DNA of 64,000 nucleotides from Deltaproteobacteria bacterium (GTDB taxonomy: Bacteria; SAR324; NAC60-12): assembly GCA_038150265.1 (NCBI GenBank), contig JAYOTF010000016.1:1-64000 (forward strand), given 5' to 3'. The translations under genes were made by a program, and so were the position numbers. Shown here in pieces: positions 57,370 to 64,000 of this stretch (positions within the stretch are counted from its first letter, which is position 1; the number at the start of each line of letters is the position of its first letter). Under the pieces are notes generated by a model. It was not told where the DNA came from. It did not search any database and worked only from the letters and a program-made list of their open reading frames with translations.

Positions 57370-58239
57370 TTACGGACGCGCTTCGGATGGAGGCGTGGGG
57401 GGACGCTCCACCTTCACCCAACGGGGCATTCCCAAGCGAGCATCGGTCAGCTCGTAACGATAGGTCAGGTACGGAAGCAGGGCCCGGCGGCACTGCAAGC
57501 GAATGGTACCGTCGGCCTCCAGCTCATAGTCCAGTTCCAATGCGGCCCGCTCGCTCGCGGCAAGACGTGGATTGACCTGATAACACACTTCCACAATCTC
57601 GTGCCAATCTCGGTCTTCCTTCCCACTGCGCCACTCAATCCACTGATCCGTCTCCGGATCATGCGTGATGGGCACCACGCTCAGGATCCGTCCCAGGTTG
57701 AAGTCCATGTAACGCCGACGCTGGTGACAAAAGGCCCGCAGGTGGTAGCGGTAGTCGGCATAAGCAATCTGGTTGGGAGACACCACCCGCTCCGAGCGCC
57801 GAGACGCTGATTGATAGGTCATCTGAAGCACCTGCTGCTCCAGCAGGGCTTGCACGAGCACACGGACCACCTCCTCATCCAACCGGATCCGGGTCAACGA
57901 GTCCACATCTTCCACCCGGAACTCCTCCCAATCCTGATTTTCCCGATACTGTGAAATCAGCCACCCGGCTCGGATCGCTCCCAAAAAGAGACGAGGCGAG
58001 GCGTGGATGTGCTGAGGCTGGAAGGCATCTTTCATGATCTTTTGCTTGCGAGAGGCATCATAACGGAGCGCCTCCGGATGCTGCTCTTCATATCGGCGCA
58101 AGGACTCCTGGGCACTTTGCCGATTCACCTCAAACACCTCCATCAGGTGCCGTGCCTTAACGCCTCCGTACCAATTCACCATATGCTCAATGAAGGCAAA
58201 GCGCAGCAGTTCCGAAATCTTCATGTGGATGATTTTCAT
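57370..58239 (-). CDS. WYL-domain transcriptional regulator (CapW/BrxR type)
   Basis: wHTH RFAFIEHMVNWYGGVKARHLMEVFEV...YDASRK; WYL domain YQS...SPNQI...RYHLRAFCHQRRRYMDFNLGRI; C-terminal NPRL...DY...RRALLPY. Confidence 0.9.
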   Translation of the reverse strand: MKIIHMKISELLRFAFIEHMVNWYGGVKARHLMEVFEVNRQSAQESLRRYEEQHPEALRYDASRKQKIMKDAFQPQHIHASPRLFLGAIRAGWLISQYRENQDWEEFRVEDVDSLTRIRLDEEVVRVLVQALLEQQVLQMTYQSASRRSERVVSPNQIAYADYRYHLRAFCHQRRRYMDFNLGRILSVVPITHDPETDQWIEWRSGKEDRDWHEIVEVCYQVNPRLAASERAALELDYELEADGTIRLQCRRALLPYLTYRYELTDARLGMPRWVKVERPPTPPSEARP

Positions 58240-58299
58240 ACAGGTTGGCCCCTCGCGCCAATTGACGAAACCCGCGGGCCTGTTTAGTTTGAAGGCACA

Positions 58300-58336
58300 G
58301 TCACCCGTTGCAGTACCGGGGTGACGGATCCTGTCA
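58300..58336. promoter_or_regulatory. Candidate WYL-regulator operator (overlapping inverted repeats)
   Basis: GTCACCC-N12-GGGTGAC (58300-58325) and TGAC-N7-GTCA (58322-58336) between divergent genes. Confidence 0.45.
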
Positions 58337-58390
58337 GTCTTTTGTCTGGGGCAGTGTTCCTCAGGCCGCCTCAAATCCCAAGGAGATTTT

Positions 58391-59050
58391 ATGCAAAACC
58401 AGTCAATCGAAATTTTCCGAAAAACACTAAATTCATTCTACCAAGACCAGGGGAAAGACGCCCCAAACGATGTCACGTACCTGACTGCCGCCTATGAGCA
58501 TACAGAAGCCCTCTGGTGGGAGAACCTCAAACGCGTCCCAACCGTACGGTACCTGCTCATCGGAGAAGCGCCTCTTTATGGGGAAAAGCAGGCCTACATC
58601 TACAACGACCAGACTCCGGGCACCGCGTTTCTGGGGAAGCCCACCATCGCGCAGCTGCTCCGCCTTCAGGGAGAAAACGGAGCCCTCGCTGACAAAGCAG
58701 CGATGCTTGAGGCCATGCGTCAGCTGGGATTGGTGGTCCTGGATCTGTTTCCCTTTGCCTTCAACGCGCAGACGCAGTTCAACTATGCGGGCCTCTCTCC
58801 ACAGACCCGTGCCACCTTGGCAGAGCAGTGTGGGCCCTGGCACTTGAGCCCCAAACTGGAAGCCCTCCTGCAGAAGGGGCCCAAGGTGCTGCCCTGCGGA
58901 ATTCGTTACGTCCGTCTGGAGGCCTTTGCCAAACAGGTGCTCCAGGCAGTCGCTCCGGATCCTCAACGCCTTCAGATTGAGCTGGCCTGCCAGCGTCGCG
59001 CCAACGCCCCCCTGGACCTGGAACAGCTGGCTCGGCACCTGGCTTCCTGA
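58391..59050 (+). CDS. Hypothetical protein, possible uracil-DNA-glycosylase-like fold
   Basis: Strong RBS AAGGAG; YLLIGEAP motif followed by YIY and GLVVLDLFP. Confidence 0.7.
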   Translation: MQNQSIEIFRKTLNSFYQDQGKDAPNDVTYLTAAYEHTEALWWENLKRVPTVRYLLIGEAPLYGEKQAYIYNDQTPGTAFLGKPTIAQLLRLQGENGALADKAAMLEAMRQLGLVVLDLFPFAFNAQTQFNYAGLSPQTRATLAEQCGPWHLSPKLEALLQKGPKVLPCGIRYVRLEAFAKQVLQAVAPDPQRLQIELACQRRANAPLDLEQLARHLAS

Positions 59051-59141
59051 ATGCCTTCAGGCGCTTCCACACAGAAGGCTCCAGGCCACTTCCTGCAACG
59101 GCTCTGTCGGCTCTTGCGACTCTGCAACCTTGAGACGTCCA

Positions 59142-59300
59142 ATGATCAGTCCCCTGACCATTTTCGTAGTTGTGATTTATTTTGGTTGGCCCCTGCTGCT
59201 GGCCATTGCCATCTGGCAGGCCCTGCCTCAGGGGTTCCGGAACTTTCTGCAGCTGCTGTTCTGGGGGATGATGCTCGTCATCCTCATCACCTCGTGCTAG
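59142..59300 (+). CDS. Small 2-TM membrane protein (52 aa)
   Basis: MISPLTIFVVVIYFGWPLLLAIAIW...LLFWGMMLVILITSC; two hydrophobic helices. Confidence 0.55.
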   Translation: MISPLTIFVVVIYFGWPLLLAIAIWQALPQGFRNFLQLLFWGMMLVILITSC

Positions 59301-59341
59301 TCACCTGATGACACGCTCAAGGAGGAAGTGCCTTCCCTGGT

Positions 59342-60736
59342 TCATGAGAGCAGCTCCGGAAGCCGACACTGCACGCACCCTTCGTAGAAGTTGTGGCAGA
59401 AGTCCTTGTGCAGCTCCAGCAGGCCCTGACGCTCCCCCAGCCCATTGAACGTGAGCCCGGGGAACTGCTTGAGGTGCAACCGGTGTTGCATGAAGCGCAG
59501 CTTCTGGTTGCTGGCTTCTCCGGGAAGCGCCAGGAACAGCCGAAAGAGCAGGCGCTCCAGCTCCTCCTCTCCGCGCTCCCGGGCATACGCCACAAAAAAC
59601 GGCAGCAGCGCGTTGGCCCACAGCAGCACCTGCCGCTCGCGTCCCACCAGCTCCCGTCCGGAGCCCAGGTTCCACGGTTCCCAGTCCGGAGTCGTCCACA
59701 AGGCGGCAGTACGAGCCAGGGCCTCCTTCCGGAGGGAGCCCGATGACGCATGAGGCTTCAGGTCCACCAGCACCTGTAGCCAGGCCCGGAGCAACCCGGT
59801 CTGTTGCGTCTGCTGGAGGTGGTGGAACAGGGCCAGCAGGCGACGCTCTGGCGCGTGGTGAGGGCGGTAGCGCTGACGGGGCGCCTGGACCTGCTGCTGA
59901 TCCGGACGTGCCTCCCAGAGGCTCTTCCAGTGCAGGAACTCCCGTCGCAGCGTCGGGTCGGTTCCTTCCGGAGGAGTCGCCTGAAGCAGGCCACAGGCGC
60001 CAAACCAGACGGACAGCACCTGAGGACGGCTGCTGCGCCACGGCTGGGCCAGGGCCTTTTCCAAAGAGCGCAAGGGGTACCGCTGGGCCAGCTCCTCAAA
60101 ACGAGCGGCATGCGCGGTTTGCCCCAGGGCCTTGAAGAGCTGCTGGAAGAGCAACTCCTCCGGATCCTCCCGGGACCACCGTTCCTGAAGCACCTGGGCT
60201 CGGGCCAGAAGCCGTTGTTCCGCCGCATGCGCCACCACGCGCCTGAGGGTCATTTCCTGCTCGGGCCCCAGCGACGCCCCGCACCGCCCAGGCAGCTCGT
60301 CCTGCTCCCGGAGCTGAGTGCGCCACTCCGGAAGCGCCTGCTGCAGGTCCTCGAGGCTCTGGCTCAGGTACGGCGCCAGCTCCAGCTGCGGAACCGACTG
60401 GCCGTCTTCCCGGACGATGGCCCGCTGCGAATCCCCGTAAAGAATCACGTGCAGCACCACCGCATTGTAGGCGGGGTTTTCATGATGCCGGTGGTGGTAC
60501 CATCCGGAACTGCGCCAGTGCACCTCCACCGCGCCCAGGGCCTCTCGGGCTGAGGCACCGCTTCCCAGCTCAATGCGAGCCTCCTGAAAGTCCGGGCCCT
60601 CGCTGGGGTTCCGCCACCCGGGAAACGTCACGGTCACCGGCTCCTGGTCAAGGGTCTGCAGGGGTGCGTGGTGGAACCGCTGTTGGCTCCAGATCAGCTG
60701 CAGGAAGTCTTCATGAGGGAAAGTCGAGGCAGGCAT
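59342..60736 (-). CDS. DUF2851 family protein (start approximate)
   Basis: EDFLQLIW, GPDF, GAVEVH, WYHHRHHENPAYNAVVLHV, QGLLEL..C...C..C C-terminus. Confidence 0.8.
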   Translation of the reverse strand: MPASTFPHEDFLQLIWSQQRFHHAPLQTLDQEPVTVTFPGWRNPSEGPDFQEARIELGSGASAREALGAVEVHWRSSGWYHHRHHENPAYNAVVLHVILYGDSQRAIVREDGQSVPQLELAPYLSQSLEDLQQALPEWRTQLREQDELPGRCGASLGPEQEMTLRRVVAHAAEQRLLARAQVLQERWSREDPEELLFQQLFKALGQTAHAARFEELAQRYPLRSLEKALAQPWRSSRPQVLSVWFGACGLLQATPPEGTDPTLRREFLHWKSLWEARPDQQQVQAPRQRYRPHHAPERRLLALFHHLQQTQQTGLLRAWLQVLVDLKPHASSGSLRKEALARTAALWTTPDWEPWNLGSGRELVGRERQVLLWANALLPFFVAYARERGEEELERLLFRLFLALPGEASNQKLRFMQHRLHLKQFPGLTFNGLGERQGLLELHKDFCHNFYEGCVQCRLPELLS

Positions 60737-60900
60737 AGCAGGTACCTGGGCAAACGAGGCGACGGGCAAGGCGGCAGGAGTTCCCAGGGGCACCCCGTGT
60801 GCCGGCAGCGTTGCCTTGCAAACCACCTCGGGAGCCCCCATACTTGGGATGCTTGACACCATACCGCAAGCCCCCCTCCAACCTCAATGCCATCTTCCTC

Positions 60901-61818
60901 ATGAACCCGCTTCCTCCTGATGCTGCTCCGGTGACCCGTTGTGGCTTTGTTGGCCTGATCGGACGTCCGAATGTTGGGAAATCCACCCTGCTCAACCGAC
61001 TCACCGGGCGCCCGCTTTCCATCACCGCCCACAAGCCCCAGACCACCCGGAACCGGTTGATTGGCATCTGCACCGAGGGTGACACGCAGACCATCTATGT
61101 GGACACCCCCGGCATTCACGAAGGCTCCCGGGCCCTCAACCAGCGCATGAACCAGTATGCCATTGACTCCCTGCGGGAGCATGACCTCAACCTCTGGCTG
61201 ACCACGCCCTTTGCCCCCGGAAGGAATGAGCCCCGTCCGGAAGACCTCAAGGTGCTGGAACTCCTCCGGCCGCAGCTCCATCAAACGGTCCTCATCATCA
61301 ACAAGGTCGATCAGGCCAACCAGGAGCAAGTGCTCCAGACCATCGCCCACTTTCAGAGCGAGCCCTTCCTCGAGGTCGTTCCCATCTCGGCGCTCCGGGG
61401 CGAGAACCTGGAGCCCATTCCCCCCATCGTGAAGCGGCACCTTCCGGAGTCGCCCTTCTACTTTGAGAGCGACCAGATCACCGACGCCAGCGAGCGCTTC
61501 CTGGCGGCTGAGTTTGTGCGGGAGGCCTTGTTTCGGAGGCTGGAGCAGGAACTGCCCTATTCCATTGCCGTTCAGGTGGAGCAATTTGAGGAATCGGCCA
61601 AGCAGGTCCACATCCACTGTGTGATCTGTGTGGAACGCGACTCGCAGAAGGGAATTGTCATTGGACACAAGGGCGCCATGCTCAAAGCCGTCGGAACCGA
61701 TGCCCGAAAGAAAATTGAGCGGTTGTTGGGGGTGAAGGTGTTTTTGGCACTGCACGTGAAAGTGTTGAAGCAGTGGACCAACAACGCTCTCTACCTGAAA
61801 GACCTTGGCTACGAATAA
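60901..61818 (+). CDS. era: GTPase Era
   Basis: GRPNVGKST, PQTTR, DTPG, NKVD; KH domain QKGIVIGHKG. Confidence 0.97.
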   Translation: MNPLPPDAAPVTRCGFVGLIGRPNVGKSTLLNRLTGRPLSITAHKPQTTRNRLIGICTEGDTQTIYVDTPGIHEGSRALNQRMNQYAIDSLREHDLNLWLTTPFAPGRNEPRPEDLKVLELLRPQLHQTVLIINKVDQANQEQVLQTIAHFQSEPFLEVVPISALRGENLEPIPPIVKRHLPESPFYFESDQITDASERFLAAEFVREALFRRLEQELPYSIAVQVEQFEESAKQVHIHCVICVERDSQKGIVIGHKGAMLKAVGTDARKKIERLLGVKVFLALHVKVLKQWTNNALYLKDLGYE

Positions 61819-63442
61819 GAAGACCCCCAAGAAAGCAGCAAAACCCGCAGCCCCCAAGGCTGCCTCCGCGCCCCAAGCACCCAAGCGCGCCGCTCCTCCC
61901 AACAAGTGGATCAACCGGATCCTCGGGCTGTCGGCCCTTTCCGGGATTTTCGTGTTTGTGGGGCTGTACAACTGGGAGATCGGGCTCCTGCTGCTCGGAC
62001 TCATGACCACCGTCGGCGGCTTCGCCTTCATCCTGCGCAACGCCAGCACCCTCGTGCCAGCAGAAGCCGTTTCAGGGGAAGGCGCCCGTGCCGCTTCCGA
62101 TAATATCTTCGAGCGCTTCCGGAGCCAGCACCAGCTGCCTCCCACCAAGGAGCGCCAGGCTTCACCACCGCCTCAGGCCAAGCCTCTGCAAGAGGTCCCT
62201 GCAGAGCCCCTCGAAGACGACGATCCACTCGGCGCGGCCCTGAAGTCGAAGAGCACGCCAGCACCTCCGGAACCGGCAGACGCCTCTCCTTTTGATGAGA
62301 TGCTGGGTTCCCTCGACGAAGCGCCTCCGGCACCCGAACCGCCTGCGGCCGAACCCGCGCCCGTGGCTCCCAAGCCTGTGGCTGCGACTCCCAGGCCCGA
62401 GCCCAAACCGACGGCTGCTGAAACCCAGCCGGAGCCCAAGCCGATCGCTGCCGCGCCCGAACCCGAACCGACGGTTGGGGAACCCGAGCCTGCGCCTCCG
62501 GAGCCGGCACCCGAGCCGCCCACCCGACCCCTGAACGCCACGACTCAACCCGTGCCGCCCAGTCAGCCTGTCGCTGCGTCTCCGGAACCGGAGCCCGCTT
62601 CCGCTCGTGCTGAAGAAAAACCGACGGCGGCCCCCGAACCGCCTCCTGTGGTCCCGGAGTTGGTCGAGCTGTCTGAAGATGACCTCTTCGGAGATGACGA
62701 CGACGATGACCTCTTTGCCGACGCACGCTTCACGCTTCCGGCCGAAGAACCCAGCCGGCTCCCTGAAACCACGCCTCCGATGCCATCGGGGCCCGTCCAG
62801 CCAGAGCCGCCTCGCCCGTCGAATTCAAAGGCTCGGACCCGTGAGGAACGTCTGGAAGATGCGGAGTCGTTGCTGAAATCCGCCAAGCGAGCGTTTCAGG
62901 CCCAGCAACTGGATGAGGCTCGCATCAACCTGGAAAGCTACCGTTCTCTGCTGAAACGCCTCCGGGCCCAGCCTTCCGCGGAAGCCCTGGAGCTGCAGAC
63001 ACAGATCAGCCTCATGCAAGGTGACACTCAGCAGGCTCAGGCCTCTCTGGGGGAAATCCGTTCCGGAAGCGAGGCTTCCAAACAGGCGGAGTCGCTGAAG
63101 CTGATGGAAGACCTCGCCGCGTCACTTGAAAAGAAGCAGGCGTACAAGGAGGTTCAGCCCATTTTGCGAGAGCTGCTGGAGGTGTACGAGGGGCAGAAGC
63201 GCTGGAGAGAGGCCGATCAGGTCTGTGACCGCTTGACTCAGGCCCTTGAGGCGTTGGGCGCCGAAGAGGAGTTGATGACGTTGCTGAAGCAACAGCGAGG
63301 GATCAAGCAGACCCTGCAGGACCGTCCGGGCGAAAGCCGGCTGCTTGACCGCCTGGGGACGCTCTCGCATCAGCGAGGCGACCTGGAGGCGACCCGGAAG
63401 TACTACGAGGAGAACCTCAAGCTCCGGGCGGAACGAGTCTGA
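61805..63442 (+). CDS. Hypothetical membrane protein: 2 TM, Pro/Glu-rich linker, C-terminal TPR-like domain
   Basis: TTG start overlapping era; PEP-rich low-complexity region; helical C-terminus LDRLGTLSHQRGDLEATRKYYE. Confidence 0.7.
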   Translation: MATNKKTPKKAAKPAAPKAASAPQAPKRAAPPNKWINRILGLSALSGIFVFVGLYNWEIGLLLLGLMTTVGGFAFILRNASTLVPAEAVSGEGARAASDNIFERFRSQHQLPPTKERQASPPPQAKPLQEVPAEPLEDDDPLGAALKSKSTPAPPEPADASPFDEMLGSLDEAPPAPEPPAAEPAPVAPKPVAATPRPEPKPTAAETQPEPKPIAAAPEPEPTVGEPEPAPPEPAPEPPTRPLNATTQPVPPSQPVAASPEPEPASARAEEKPTAAPEPPPVVPELVELSEDDLFGDDDDDDLFADARFTLPAEEPSRLPETTPPMPSGPVQPEPPRPSNSKARTREERLEDAESLLKSAKRAFQAQQLDEARINLESYRSLLKRLRAQPSAEALELQTQISLMQGDTQQAQASLGEIRSGSEASKQAESLKLMEDLAASLEKKQAYKEVQPILRELLEVYEGQKRWREADQVCDRLTQALEALGAEEELMTLLKQQRGIKQTLQDRPGESRLLDRLGTLSHQRGDLEATRKYYEENLKLRAERV

Positions 63443-63451
63443 GGCCAGGCC

Positions 63452-63832
63452 TCAGTAGAAGCATCCTTCCGGAGTCGATTGCCCCAGCTGGACCCCGTAA
63501 CTGTCGGCTTCAAACTGCAACTCTGCAAGAAGCCGGCACCCGCGAATGCGCCGCTCCCGTACCACATAAAACTCGTTGATCCGTGGCGACGTGTCGGTTT
63601 CCAGCCGCGCAAAGGTCTGGATCGCCTCGACCGTATTCTCTTCCGCCAAACGCAGGTAGCGGGGTTGTCGATTGACCCTCCAGCTGTCAAAATAATTCAA
63701 ACTCCACCCCAGGTACCGATCTCCTTCTCCCAAACGACTGGTGAAGGGGCGAGGTTCCATCCAGACCGGAGTGCTGCAGGCTCCCAGCAGGCTGAGGAAC
63801 AGAATGAAGGCAAGGGCGTTTTTCCCAAACAT
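63452..63832 (-). CDS. Hypothetical lipoprotein
   Basis: Lipobox LLGA-C; AAAGGA RBS before ATG. Confidence 0.7.
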   Translation of the reverse strand: MFGKNALAFILFLSLLGACSTPVWMEPRPFTSRLGEGDRYLGWSLNYFDSWRVNRQPRYLRLAEENTVEAIQTFARLETDTSPRINEFYVVRERRIRGCRLLAELQFEADSYGVQLGQSTPEGCFY

Positions 63833-63920
63833 GAAGCTTCCTTTGTGAGAACAGCGCGTCAAATGAGTTCTTCACCTTCCTTATCGGCATGAGGCGCCAA
63901 AACTTGAGCCGGAGCTTCGC

Positions 63921-64000
63921 ATGAGCCGCACGATTGTGGTGGGCGATGTTCACGGCTGCTACACCGAGGTGGGCGACCTCCTGGAGCAGGTCCGGTTTGC
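63921..64000 (+). CDS. Metallophosphoesterase (PPP/ApaH-like), N-terminus only
   Basis: GGAG RBS; MSRTIVVGDVHGC motif; runs off the window. Confidence 0.8.
   Translation, partial: MSRTIVVGDVHGCYTEVGDLLEQVRF

Noticed and set aside
1116..62148. Many long antisense ORFs (e.g. 1116-2534 -, 3683-5560 +, 10903-12372 -, 18640-20238 +, 33170-34783 -, 60694-62148 -)
   Set aside because: They mirror well-supported genes on the opposite strand and carry no motifs; expected shadow ORFs in GC-rich DNA
62320..62650. CCCGAACC/CCCGAGCC repeated DNA
   Set aside because: Coding low-complexity Pro-Glu-Pro repeats, not an independent DNA element

Overview
A GC-rich bacterial chromosomal window, mostly core and metabolic genes. 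The gene content is compatible with a delta-proteobacterial/SAR324-like organism, but this is inference only. Core and metabolic content: UvrD/PcrA, ftsY, tmRNA (tag ANNADYTPARAAVAA), glpD with a SorC-family regulator, pfk/glgC/glgA, leuCD, a thiolase, hldE2/hldD, slyD, yciH, hemH, era, a non-phosphorylative L-rhamnose uptake/catabolism cluster, a haloacetate dehalogenase and an N-terminally short cobN. Most notable observations: (1) a CapW/BrxR-type WYL regulator divergent from an orphan UDG-fold-like gene, a candidate anti-phage DNA glycosylase; (2) a LOV-domain histidine kinase divergent from an atypical sigma54 activator translationally coupled to a photolyase-DUF4345-renalase-hemH operon; (3) strong over-representation of the palindrome TCCGGA, reminiscent of HIP1; (4) a 257-bp MITE with ISAs1-like ends and a perfect 10-bp target duplication, with a decayed copy beside att-like sites downstream of tmRNA; (5) an uncharacterised beta-barrel plus three-lipoprotein operon. 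No CRISPR array, rRNA, tRNA, transposase or integrase was seen. All family assignments come from motif recognition by eye, without database searches.
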